A stretch of DNA of 31,962 nucleotides. Source: Oscillospiraceae bacterium. GTDB lineage: Bacteria > Bacillota > Clostridia > Oscillospirales > Ruminococcaceae. Shown here one piece after another: positions 6,207 through 15,352 of this stretch. The notes beneath the pieces are model-generated. The model worked only from the letters and a program-made list of their open reading frames with translations, had not been told where the DNA came from and made no database searches. The first letter of the stretch is position 1. The number at the start of each line of letters is the position of its first letter. The stretch is from positions 1 to 31,962 of the forward strand of contig JBJEQL010000352.1 in NCBI GenBank assembly GCA_051881735.1. Reading direction: 5' to 3'. The position numbers and the translations under genes were made by a program.

Positions 6207-7741
6207 TATGCTTTGCTTACGATAGAGATAAATCCTGTGCTGCCCTTTGAAAGGTATTTTCCGGTTTCATAAAAAACTATAAATGAAATAGACGCTGTAC
6301 ATATAAAAATCACCGATTCAAACAGCGAATTAATGGGTGCTGCAAGCTTTGTGACCGCAGATGCGATAATGCAGCTTGAAGCACTGTAAATGAACGGAAC
6401 AAGCAGAAAAAACTTGAACGAAAAGCGTATGCCGGCTGACTTGCATACAACTGCAATACGGACAATGTTGCTGTAAATATTGCTTGCATAATAGGAAATA
6501 AGCACACCAGCAAATCCGTAAAAATGAACGAAAACAACAACACAAACTATTCTGATAACATATTCGCAAAGTGAGTTGAAAGTGGAGAAATTCTGCTTTC
6601 CAAGTCCTTTTAAAATGCATTCAAGCACGATCTCAAGATATATGAACGGTATGACAGGGAACATTTTTACCAGCGTTTCTCCGACAAGGGTGTCAGAGCT
6701 GCAGATAACATTTCCGATGCTTTTGCCGACGCATAAGAATAATCCGCCGATGAAAAAAGAATAGATAAACGAGCTTGTCAAGGCTTTGGAAACAAGACTT
6801 TTTATCCGTTCCGTGTTATGCGATGAATTTGCTCTGGCGATCTCGGGCATAAGAACATTCGACAGCGCATTCAGTATCACGGACGGAAAGAATATAGTAG
6901 GTATTATCATTGCCTCAAACATACCATATTCGCTCATAGCACGGTCAGTCGATTCGTTGAATTTTACAAGTGCTATCGGTACAAGTACATCATTTGCGGT
7001 TGAAAGTATCATCTGAACATAACCGCTTGCAAGTATAGGAAGAGAAAGCTTCAGATACTTTCTGAATGTATTGAGCTTTGGTTTTATGCATAGAACGATT
7101 GAAAATATCTTCCGTTCCGATATGTATTTTATAAGATAGAAAATAAAGCTTACAAGTTCACCTATAAGAATTGAAAATGCGATAAGAATATATATATCAA
7201 AGCCTTTGTCAATAAGGAAAATAACAGATATCAGCAGAAAAATCCATTTTGCCGAGAATTCTATCATATCTCCAAGGCAGGGGATATTGACCTTGCGTAC
7301 AGCATTAAAATACCCCTTTATGCAGGAGCCGACCGCTGCAAACGGAAGTGAAAGAGCAATGATCCTTATCGGTGCGGATAAATCAATTTTTCCGCCTGAA
7401 AGGTCGGATATCATGTCCGCAAAAATAAAAGAAACTATCATAAAAAAGCAGGACAGCGCAAGGGAAAAACCGACAGAGTATCGCATTATTATTGTGTAAT
7501 TGCGGTTACCGAAGCCGGTTTCTTCTGAAACAAGCCTGCTTGTGGAAATAAAAATATTTCCGTTTGCAAGCACCATTATGAATCCGAAGAGCGTGAATAT
7601 AAGCGTCATTATTCCGACCGAAGCCGTTCCAAGCTTGCTTGAAATAAGCGAATTAAGAAAAATTCCAAGTCCCTGTAATATAAGTGAAACAATTGTAAGT
7701 CGAAATGTGTCTTTTGCCATTTTATTTATATAAAATTTCAT
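6206..7741 (-). CDS. SpoVB-like MOP/MurJ-family flippase (polysaccharide biosynthesis transporter)
   Basis: About 12-14 TM helices, LSRLVSE-like ISTSRLVSE, CIKGYFNAVR, PEIARA, ILKGLGKQ; sigma-E-like promoter; divergent from murD. Confidence 0.8.
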   Translation of the reverse strand: MKFYINKMAKDTFRLTIVSLILQGLGIFLNSLISSKLGTASVGIMTLIFTLFGFIMVLANGNIFISTSRLVSEETGFGNRNYTIIMRYSVGFSLALSCFFMIVSFIFADMISDLSGGKIDLSAPIRIIALSLPFAAVGSCIKGYFNAVRKVNIPCLGDMIEFSAKWIFLLISVIFLIDKGFDIYILIAFSILIGELVSFIFYLIKYISERKIFSIVLCIKPKLNTFRKYLKLSLPILASGYVQMILSTANDVLVPIALVKFNESTDRAMSEYGMFEAMIIPTIFFPSVILNALSNVLMPEIARANSSHNTERIKSLVSKALTSSFIYSFFIGGLFLCVGKSIGNVICSSDTLVGETLVKMFPVIPFIYLEIVLECILKGLGKQNFSTFNSLCEYVIRIVCVVVFVHFYGFAGVLISYYASNIYSNIVRIAVVCKSAGIRFSFKFFLLVPFIYSASSCIIASAVTKLAAPINSLFESVIFICTASISFIVFYETGKYLSKGSTGFISIVSKA

Positions 7742-7765
7742 TCAGTTTCCCTCATTTCTTAGTTA

Positions 7766-7794
7766 AATCTATGAAAATCAATGTAATTCTATGC
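7766..7794 (-). promoter_or_regulatory. Sigma-E promoter of the SpoVB-like gene
   Basis: Minus strand reads gCATA, 16 nt, CATAGATT, matching ATA-N16/17-CATAnnnT. Confidence 0.65.
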
Positions 7795-7800
7795 AAAATC

Positions 7801-7829
7801 TTGATATTTTGAGAAAGAATGTATATAAT
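7801..7829 (+). promoter_or_regulatory. Sigma-A promoter of the murD operon
   Basis: TTGATA, 17 nt, TATAAT. Confidence 0.7.
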
Positions 7830-7933
7830 ATAAGTGTATGATTATTTTTAGGAAATGCGAAAAATTTGAAGCTTTGATTGATTGTTTTGCTGCAACAAAA
7901 ATAGAGCGTTTCCTTGGAAAAGACGGTGTGATT

Positions 7934-9325
7934 ATGACCAAAGCAGAGGCCTTTTTTGCTGATTTGAAGAATAAAAAAGTAGCTTTGATAGGAACGGGCG
8001 TCAGCCACCTTGAGCTTATCGAGCTTCTTTTGAAAAAGAATATAGATATTACTGTATGCGATAAAAAATCACGGGATGAAATGGGCGAGCTTGCAGAAAA
8101 GCTTGAAAAGTCGGGCGCAAAGCTTTCGCTCGGAGAAAACTATCTTGATGCAATATACAATGCTGATGTTGTTTTCAGAACTCCCGGTATGTATTTTCTT
8201 TCTCCCGAACTGCAGAAGGCAAAGGATATGGGGATAGCGGTAACTTCAGAAATGGAGGTTTTCTTTGACCTTTGTCCGTGCAGGATCTACGGCATAACAG
8301 GAACAGACGGAAAAACCACAACTACAACAATTATCACAGAGATGCTGGAAAGAAGCGGTAAAAAAGTCCATAAGGGCGGAAATATCGGACGTGCGCTGCT
8401 GCCGATAATCGAGCAGATCTCTCCCGATGATATTGCTGTTGTTGAGCTTTCAAGCTTCCAGCTTATCAGTATGAGAAAATCGCCTGATACAGCAATTATC
8501 ACAAATATCTATCCCGACCACTTGAACGTCCATAAATCAATGGAAGAATACATCGGTGCAAAGAAAAATCTTATTCTGCATCAGAACGCTTTTTCAAAAA
8601 CGGTACTTAATCTTGATAATTCAGATACAAACGCACTTTCCGAAGATGTTCGAGGAAACCTGCTTAAATTCAGCCGACTGTCAAAACCTCAGCGTGGTTC
8701 GTTCCTTGATGAAAACGGCTGGCTGTGCTTTACTGACGGAAAAAATACAGAAAAAATCGTTCATAAGGACAGCATAAAGATCCCGGGGCTTCACAATGTT
8801 GAGAACTATCTTGCTGCAATTTCGGCAGTCTACGGCGATGTTCCTGCGGAAGCTATCCGTGAAACAGCAGAAAACTTCGGCGGCGTTGAGCATAGAATTG
8901 AATTTGTCCGTGAGCTTGACGGAGTAAAATATTATAATGACAGCATTGCAACAAGCCCTGTCAGCGTGATTGCAGGACTTAATGCATTCGCTCAAAAGCT
9001 TATTGTTATTGCAGGCGGTTCGGATAAAAAGCTTGATTACGGCACAATGTCCGAGGCTATAAATAAAAAGGTCAAAGCGCTTATCCTTCTTGGCGCAACA
9101 GCGGATAAAATTGAAGCTGCAGTTAAAGCATACAGCGGCTATGATGAAAACAACTGCCGTATCTACCGTGTTGATACAATGGAAGAAGCGGTTCAGAAGG
9201 CTCGTGAAATTGCGGTGAACGGTGATATCGTAACGCTTTCGCCCGCAAGCGCAAGCTTCGACCATTACAAGAATTTTGAAGAGCGTGGAAAACACTACAA
9301 GGGTATCGTTAACGCTCTCGTATGA
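7934..9325 (+). CDS. murD: UDP-N-acetylmuramoyl-L-alanine:D-glutamate ligase (463 aa; start moved to 7934)
   Basis: GITGTDGKTTTT P-loop, GGNIG, VVELSSFQL, PDHLNVH, HRIE, YNDSIAT, LSPASASFD. Codons 7838-7933 are leader. Confidence 0.95.
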   Translation: MTKAEAFFADLKNKKVALIGTGVSHLELIELLLKKNIDITVCDKKSRDEMGELAEKLEKSGAKLSLGENYLDAIYNADVVFRTPGMYFLSPELQKAKDMGIAVTSEMEVFFDLCPCRIYGITGTDGKTTTTTIITEMLERSGKKVHKGGNIGRALLPIIEQISPDDIAVVELSSFQLISMRKSPDTAIITNIYPDHLNVHKSMEEYIGAKKNLILHQNAFSKTVLNLDNSDTNALSEDVRGNLLKFSRLSKPQRGSFLDENGWLCFTDGKNTEKIVHKDSIKIPGLHNVENYLAAISAVYGDVPAEAIRETAENFGGVEHRIEFVRELDGVKYYNDSIATSPVSVIAGLNAFAQKLIVIAGGSDKKLDYGTMSEAINKKVKALILLGATADKIEAAVKAYSGYDENNCRIYRVDTMEEAVQKAREIAVNGDIVTLSPASASFDHYKNFEERGKHYKGIVNALV

Positions 9326-9342
9326 TTTAAAAGGAAGTTAAT

Positions 9343-10362
9343 ATGGATCTGAAAGAAACAATAAAAAAACTTGCCGACTGCAGCGGAGTTTCGGGTGATG
9401 AGGACAGCGCAGCAGAGCTTGCACTCGGATATCTTAAAGAATTCACCGATGATTGCTATATAAAAAATAAGTGTGTTTTCGGAAATTTTGGCAAGCGAGA
9501 AAAAGGCAAACCGCATATTCTGCTCGATGCACATATTGACCAGATCGGATTTGTTGTAACATATATAACAGACGATGGATTCCTTAAAATCGCAAACTGC
9601 GGCGGAATAGACAGACGTCTTTTGCTTGCGCAGCAGGTAAAAATTATCGGTAAAAAAGAGATTTACGGTGTGATATGTTCAATTCCGCCGCATCTTGAAA
9701 AAAAAGGTGATGAAAGCAAAGTTCCTGAGTATTCCGATATCTGTATTGATATCGGAATGACAAAGGCGGAAGCGGAAGAACTTATTTCTGTCGGTGATAA
9801 AGTCGTATTTTTGCAGAAATGTCAGGATATGCAGGGCGACAGGATATCGGGTGCTGCTTTGGACGACCGCTGCGGCGTTGCCTGCCTTCTTCGTGCAGCA
9901 GAAATGCTTAAAGATGAAACGCTCGGCTGTTCATATACGATAATGTTCTCTTCGCAGGAAGAAGTTGGCGAAAGGGGAGCAAAAATCGGCGCTTATGATG
10001 TTGACCCCGATATTGCGATTGCTGTTGATGTAAGCTTCGCTCTCACTTCTGACGATTCAGAGCTAAAATGCGGAAAAATGGGCAAGGGAGCAATGATAGG
10101 ATTTGCACCGACGCTTGACCGTGAGCTTTCAAACAGGATGAAAGAGCTTGCAGTTAAGAACAGTATCCCATATCAAATTGAAGTTATGAATGATGAAACC
10201 GGAACGAATGCGGACAGATTTTCTGTTAATGCAGGTGGTGTAAAGGCTGTTACATTGTCGATACCGCTGAAATATATGCATACTCCGGTTGAGGTCATTT
10301 CCGTTTCGGATGTTGAAAACACAGCAAAGCTTATTGCTGCATATATTAAGGAGGTGCGTTAA
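9343..10362 (+). CDS. M42 family (TET-like) metallo-aminopeptidase, copy 1
   Basis: Metal-ligand motifs AHIDQIG, LDDR, QEEVG, AVDV, YMHTP. Confidence 0.88.
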   Translation: MDLKETIKKLADCSGVSGDEDSAAELALGYLKEFTDDCYIKNKCVFGNFGKREKGKPHILLDAHIDQIGFVVTYITDDGFLKIANCGGIDRRLLLAQQVKIIGKKEIYGVICSIPPHLEKKGDESKVPEYSDICIDIGMTKAEAEELISVGDKVVFLQKCQDMQGDRISGAALDDRCGVACLLRAAEMLKDETLGCSYTIMFSSQEEVGERGAKIGAYDVDPDIAIAVDVSFALTSDDSELKCGKMGKGAMIGFAPTLDRELSNRMKELAVKNSIPYQIEVMNDETGTNADRFSVNAGGVKAVTLSIPLKYMHTPVEVISVSDVENTAKLIAAYIKEVR

Positions 10363-10364
10363 AA

Positions 10365-11384
10365 ATGGAGTTTACTTCACTTTTAAAAGAGCTGTGCGCT
10401 TTGAACGGCACTTCCGGCGATGAGAAAAATGTCCGTGAATTTATCATTGAGAAAATCAAGGACAGCTGCGAATATAAGGTGGACAACCTCGGAAATGTCA
10501 TTGCATTCAAAAAGGGCAGCAAAACACCGAAAAACAAGCTTATGATATCGGCTCACATGGATGAAGTCGGATTGATAATAACTTCAATAAAATCGGACGG
10601 AACGCTGACATTTTCTCCGGTAGGCGGAATTGATGCAAGAGTTGTTGTCGGCAGGAATGTAAAAATCGGTGAGCTGCATGGCGTTATCGGCTCAAAAGCC
10701 GTTCATAATCTTACTTCCTCTGAAAGAAATAAGGCTGCCGAGTTTTCGGGACTATATATTGATATTGGCGCAGAAAGCAGGGAAGAAGCTGAAAAGCTGG
10801 TTTCTCTCGGAGATTATGCATATTTCGACTCGCAGATACTTACTCTTGGTGAGGATATGCTTTGTTCAAAAGCAATTGACGACCGCTTTGGCTGTGCTGT
10901 AATGATAATGCTTATCAACAGCGAGCTGGAGTATGATGTTACATTTACCTTTGTTGTTCAGGAAGAGGTTGGTTTAAGAGGTGCAAGGGCAGCTGCCTTT
11001 ACAGTTGAACCTGACTTTGCGTTGGTACTTGAATCAACAACTGCTGCTGATATTCCATTGGCAAGCGGAGCAGAACGCTGCTGTGAACTCGGAAAAGGTC
11101 CTGTTGTTTCCTATATGGATCGTTCAACGATATATGACCGTGAGCTTTTTGATATTTCAAAGCAGCTTGCTGCTGAAAACAATATTCCGTGGCAGACAAA
11201 GACTATGGTTGCCGGCGGAAATGACAGCGGTGCTATCCATATAACCAAAGGTGGAATCAGAACGCTTGCAATTTCTATTCCATGCCGTTATCTTCATTCG
11301 CCTGCAAGTGCGGCAAGAATTTCCGATATGGAAAATTCGCTTAAGCTTACAAAGCTGATGATAAAAAAGGTGTGTGAACTTTGA
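10365..11384 (+). CDS. M42 family (TET-like) metallo-aminopeptidase, copy 2
   Basis: AHMDEVG, IDDR, QEEVGLRGA, VLEST, YLHSP. Confidence 0.88.
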   Translation: MEFTSLLKELCALNGTSGDEKNVREFIIEKIKDSCEYKVDNLGNVIAFKKGSKTPKNKLMISAHMDEVGLIITSIKSDGTLTFSPVGGIDARVVVGRNVKIGELHGVIGSKAVHNLTSSERNKAAEFSGLYIDIGAESREEAEKLVSLGDYAYFDSQILTLGEDMLCSKAIDDRFGCAVMIMLINSELEYDVTFTFVVQEEVGLRGARAAAFTVEPDFALVLESTTAADIPLASGAERCCELGKGPVVSYMDRSTIYDRELFDISKQLAAENNIPWQTKTMVAGGNDSGAIHITKGGIRTLAISIPCRYLHSPASAARISDMENSLKLTKLMIKKVCEL

Positions 11385-12094
11385 TAAAGCAGATTCACCA
11401 CACCGATGTGAAACTTTCTGAAAGCTATTATGGGTATAAGATACGTTCCTATTTGAATGCATACGGCACGGAATATGATTTCTGCAAGCTGTTTGCAAAT
11501 GAAACCGGCGGAGTGATCCTTGTTTATAACAGCACAATGGTCGCAGACGGAAGTTTTGATGAAAGCGAACTTGACGGATTTATACAGATGCTAAGTCCAA
11601 TAACTGTTGAGGTCCCCGGAAATATTTCGTTGGATTTGAGTGAACAGTATGTCCGTACAGAGCGAACGTTGTTCAAAGCGCCTGATGATATATGCTGCGG
11701 AGAAAATCTTGATGTAAAGCATAATACCTTTATATCGGAATGCTTTCCGATACTTTCCGAAGCGTTTGGAATAACCGAATTTGACGAGTGGTATGTTGAT
11801 ATTTCACATAGGATTCGTCATGGCGTTTCTGATATCTATCTTTACAGAACAACAACCGTTACAAAATCGTTTGATATAGACGGATTTGTATTTTTATCAC
11901 ATATTGCAACTGCAAAATCCGACAGAGGACAGGGAACAGCAGGAAAACTGCTGAAATGGATTTGTGAAAATCAGCAAAAAGACTGCAAAGATGTGTACCT
12001 TTACAGTAGAAGAGAAAGATATACATTTTATCAGTCACTTGGTTTTGAAAAGGTTTTGACCGATATAGTTTATGAAAAGAAAATTTTGAATTGA
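11381..12094 (+). CDS. GNAT family N-acetyltransferase (TTG start)
   Basis: C-terminal acetyl-CoA motif IATAKSDRGQGTAGKLL and FYQSLGF; overlaps the upstream stop. Confidence 0.75.
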   Translation: MIKQIHHTDVKLSESYYGYKIRSYLNAYGTEYDFCKLFANETGGVILVYNSTMVADGSFDESELDGFIQMLSPITVEVPGNISLDLSEQYVRTERTLFKAPDDICCGENLDVKHNTFISECFPILSEAFGITEFDEWYVDISHRIRHGVSDIYLYRTTTVTKSFDIDGFVFLSHIATAKSDRGQGTAGKLLKWICENQQKDCKDVYLYSRRERYTFYQSLGFEKVLTDIVYEKKILN

Positions 12095-12112
12095 TGAGAG
12101 GTATATTTTACT

Positions 12113-13411
12113 ATGGCAGAAATTTTTGATCCGAAGCCTGTTGTTCAGAAAGGTTTCGAGTTTGAAGAAAGAATACTTAAGCTTGCAGAAAAGGCGGAAG
12201 CTGACTGCAGCGAAGCTTTTGCTCTTGCTGAGAAGATCTCACGCAAAAACAGCGAAAAGGTTCTCCATGCATTTATAAATAATAAGGTAAGTTCTGCTTG
12301 TCTTGTCGGAACTACCGGATATGGTTATGACGATGTCGGCAGAGATACGCTTGACAAGGTTTATGCCGAAGTTTTCGGTGCTGAAGATGCGCTTGTGCGT
12401 CATTCATTTGTTTCGGGAACCCATGCACTTACGGTTGCGCTTTTTGGCGTACTTAGAACGGGTGACAAGCTTGTTAGCTTGACAGGTAAACCTTATGATA
12501 CGCTCGAAGAAGTTATCGGAATCAGAGGAAGCGGCAACGGTTCACTCAAGGATTTCGGTGTTGCTTATGATCAGGTGGATTTTCTTTCGGACGGAAAGCC
12601 GAATCTTGCCGATATTTTCATGAAAGTCAAGGATGCAAAGGTAGCCTACATACAGCGCTCCAGAGGTTACGCACTTCGTCCGACACTTACAATCGATGAT
12701 ATTGCTGAGATCGTAAAAAGTGTGAAAAACGCTAATCCGAATGCAATTATAATGGTAGATAACTGCTACGGTGAGTTCGTTGAGGAGTCAGAACCGCTTT
12801 CAGTCGGAGCAGACCTTATTATCGGTTCGCTTATCAAGAACCCCGGTGCAGGAATTGCTGAAACCGGTGGATACATTGCAGGTAAAAAGAAGCTTGTTGA
12901 GCTTTGTTCATACAGAATGACCTGCGTTGGAATGGGCAAGGAAGTAGGATGTACTCTTAATCAGAATAAGCTGATGTATCAGGGACTTTTGATGGCACCT
13001 GAGGTGGTTTGTAATGCTGTAAAGACAGCTGCTTTTACAGGCAAGATAATGTCTATGCTCGGCTTTGAATGCCTTCCTGCGCAAGGCACAAAGAGGGGAG
13101 ATATCATCACAACCGTGCTTATGAAAAATTCTGAGAATCTTATTGCTTTTTGTCAGGGTATACAGAAGGGCTCTCCGATCGACAGCTATGTTACACCCGA
13201 ACCTTGGGATATGCCCGGATATGATTCTCAGGTGATCATGGCAGCAGGTGCGTTCAATATGGGTGCTTCTATTGAGCTTTCGGCAGACGCTCCGCTTCGT
13301 GAACCATTTGCGGCTTATGTTCAGGGTGGATTGACATTCCCGATAGCAAGACTCGGTATACTTACAGCTATTCAGGAAATGTATGACAAACATTGTATAA
13401 GAATAATATAA
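12113..13411 (+). CDS. PLP-dependent methionine gamma-lyase-like protein (YnbB/aluminium-resistance family)
   Basis: TTGYGYDDVGRD, VSGTHA, YIQRSRGY, VDNCYGEF, GSLIKNPG (PLP lysine), MAAGAF, YVQGGL. Confidence 0.85.
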   Translation: MAEIFDPKPVVQKGFEFEERILKLAEKAEADCSEAFALAEKISRKNSEKVLHAFINNKVSSACLVGTTGYGYDDVGRDTLDKVYAEVFGAEDALVRHSFVSGTHALTVALFGVLRTGDKLVSLTGKPYDTLEEVIGIRGSGNGSLKDFGVAYDQVDFLSDGKPNLADIFMKVKDAKVAYIQRSRGYALRPTLTIDDIAEIVKSVKNANPNAIIMVDNCYGEFVEESEPLSVGADLIIGSLIKNPGAGIAETGGYIAGKKKLVELCSYRMTCVGMGKEVGCTLNQNKLMYQGLLMAPEVVCNAVKTAAFTGKIMSMLGFECLPAQGTKRGDIITTVLMKNSENLIAFCQGIQKGSPIDSYVTPEPWDMPGYDSQVIMAAGAFNMGASIELSADAPLREPFAAYVQGGLTFPIARLGILTAIQEMYDKHCIRII

Positions 13412-13420
13412 ATCTAAGCG

Positions 13421-13460
13421 GCGGAGCTTGTAGCCGAAACAGGCTCCGCTTGTTATTTCT
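13421..13460 (+). terminator. Intrinsic terminator of the murD operon
   Basis: GCGGAGCTTGT / ACAGGCTCCGC stem followed by TTGTTATTTCTT. Confidence 0.75.
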
Positions 13461-13490
13461 TCAAAAAATCGAAATTTTTTGCAATTTGTC

Positions 13491-13519
13491 TTGCAAAAAG
13501 AGTAAGAATATGCTATAAT
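13491..13519 (+). promoter_or_regulatory. Sigma-A promoter of gatCAB-aspS
   Basis: TTGCAA, 17 nt, with TG-C-TATAAT extended -10. Confidence 0.75.
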
Positions 13520-13561
13520 ATATTCTGTATTTATGATTCTGATAGAAATGAGGTAGTTTTT

Positions 13562-13840
13562 ATGGATTTGGATATGGTCAGATACCTGTCACAGCTCGGA
13601 AGACTCAGCTTTACCGATGAGGAGCTTGAAAAAATGGCAGGCGATATGACGGGAATTATCGAAATAATGGATACTATTAAGGAAATTGATGTTGCTTATG
13701 AGCCCATTAAGGATAATCATAACGTTTATCTCAATGATTTGAGAAAGGACATCTCGGCAGATTCGTACCCGACAGCTAAGATTCTGCAGAATGCAGTTAA
13801 TTCGGAAGACGCTTTTGTTGTTCCTAAGGTTGTCGAATAA
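13562..13840 (+). CDS. gatC: Asp/Glu-tRNA amidotransferase subunit C
   Basis: 92 aa, LSQLGRLSF..EE at the N-terminus, LRKD, C-terminal FVVPKVVE; immediately upstream of gatA. Confidence 0.88.
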   Translation: MDLDMVRYLSQLGRLSFTDEELEKMAGDMTGIIEIMDTIKEIDVAYEPIKDNHNVYLNDLRKDISADSYPTAKILQNAVNSEDAFVVPKVVE

Positions 13841-13882
13841 TACTATTATTAATGTAATCTGAAAATGAAAGGATGTCAATAA

Positions 13883-15334
13883 ATGGATTTAACAGCACTG
13901 AAAATCGGCGATCTGCGTTCAATGCTTGATAAAAAAGAGATCTCTGCAAAAGAACTTACGAACGCTTACCTTGATAGAATAAACTCCGTAGATGATAAGC
14001 TTGAAAGCTATATTACCGTTACTGCTGACGCAGCGGAAAAAGCAGCTGAAAAGGCTCAGGAGAAAATTGATAAGGGCGAAGCTTCCGCTCTTTGCGGTAT
14101 TCCTCTTGCAATTAAGGATAATATCTGTACAGACGGCGTAAAAACTACCTGCGCTTCAAAAATGCTTGAGGATTTCGTGCCTTTCTATAACGCAACTGTT
14201 ATGGATAAGCTTGAAAATGCAGGAGCAGTAATGCTCGGCAAGGTTTCCATGGACGAATTTGCAATGGGCGGTTCAACACAGACTTCCGCATTTAAAAAGA
14301 CAAAGAATCCCTATGACCTCGGACGTGTTCCGGGCGGCAGCTCCGGCGGTTCTGCTGCAGCTGTAAGCGCTTCACTTTGCGCTGCTGCACTTGGTTCCGA
14401 TACCGGCGGATCTATCAGACAGCCGTCTGCATTTTGCGGCGTAACAGGTCTTAAGCCGACATACGGCCGTGTTTCTCGTTACGGACTTATCGCATTCGCA
14501 AGCTCGCTTGACCAGATCGGACCTATCGCAAAATCTGCTGAAGATTGTGCTATCATACTTAACGAAATTGCAGGCTACGACCCTCATGATGGTACTTCTT
14601 CCAAGAGCGATGTACCCGATTTTACAGCTAAGATCGGTCAGGATATCAAGGGCATGAAGATCGCTGTTCCTAAGGAATTCTATGCAGAGGGAATTGACGA
14701 TGAAGTAAGAAACGCAGTTCTCAAAGCTGCAGATTATTATAAATCTCTCGGCGCAGAGCTTGTTGACTGCTCAATGCCGTCACTTAAATATGCAGTTGCT
14801 TCATATTACCTCATTTCTTCGGCAGAAGCTTCTTCAAACCTCTCTCGTTTTGACGGAATCAAGTACGGTCACCGTTCCGAAGAGGGTGAGAATTTTGCAG
14901 AGCTTATCTCTAATTCGAGAAGAGAAGGCTTCGGCGAAGAAGTTAAGAGAAGAATCATGCTCGGAAACTACGCTCTTTCAAGCGGATATTATGACGCTTA
15001 TTACGGCAAGGCAATGGCACTCAAGCAGAAGATCCGTGAAGAATACGAAAGCATCTTCACAGGCTGCGATGTTATCCTTACACCGACTGCACCGACCGTT
15101 GCTTACGGCGTGAACGAGAATATTTCCGACCCTGCAAAGATGTATCAGGCAGATATCTGTACTGTAACAGTTAATATTGCATCTCTTCCCGGAATTTCCA
15201 CTACCTGCGGATATGATTCCAAGGGTATGCCTATCGGTATGTCGATAATCGGCAAAAAGTGGGATGAAGCTACTATAATTCAGGCTGCTGACGCTTTTGA
15301 AAAGAATTTCACACGTCAGAATGCGAGCCTTTAA
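13883..15334 (+). CDS. gatA: Asp/Glu-tRNA amidotransferase subunit A
   Basis: Amidase signature AIKDNI, MDEFAMG, PGGSSGGSAAA, GSDTGGSIRQP; EVKRRIMLG. Confidence 0.96.
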   Translation: MDLTALKIGDLRSMLDKKEISAKELTNAYLDRINSVDDKLESYITVTADAAEKAAEKAQEKIDKGEASALCGIPLAIKDNICTDGVKTTCASKMLEDFVPFYNATVMDKLENAGAVMLGKVSMDEFAMGGSTQTSAFKKTKNPYDLGRVPGGSSGGSAAAVSASLCAAALGSDTGGSIRQPSAFCGVTGLKPTYGRVSRYGLIAFASSLDQIGPIAKSAEDCAIILNEIAGYDPHDGTSSKSDVPDFTAKIGQDIKGMKIAVPKEFYAEGIDDEVRNAVLKAADYYKSLGAELVDCSMPSLKYAVASYYLISSAEASSNLSRFDGIKYGHRSEEGENFAELISNSRREGFGEEVKRRIMLGNYALSSGYYDAYYGKAMALKQKIREEYESIFTGCDVILTPTAPTVAYGVNENISDPAKMYQADICTVTVNIASLPGISTTCGYDSKGMPIGMSIIGKKWDEATIIQAADAFEKNFTRQNASL

Positions 15335-15352
15335 GGAAAGGGGAAGAAGAAA

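Noticed and set aside
6007-6225. 72-aa ORF from the track
   Set aside because: Out of frame with the RBS-supported 48-aa Cys-rich ORF; it runs through the terminator and into the convergent gene.
13520-13561. T-box upstream of gatC-aspS
   Set aside because: Leader too short; no GGTGGNACCGCG T-box sequence or terminator.
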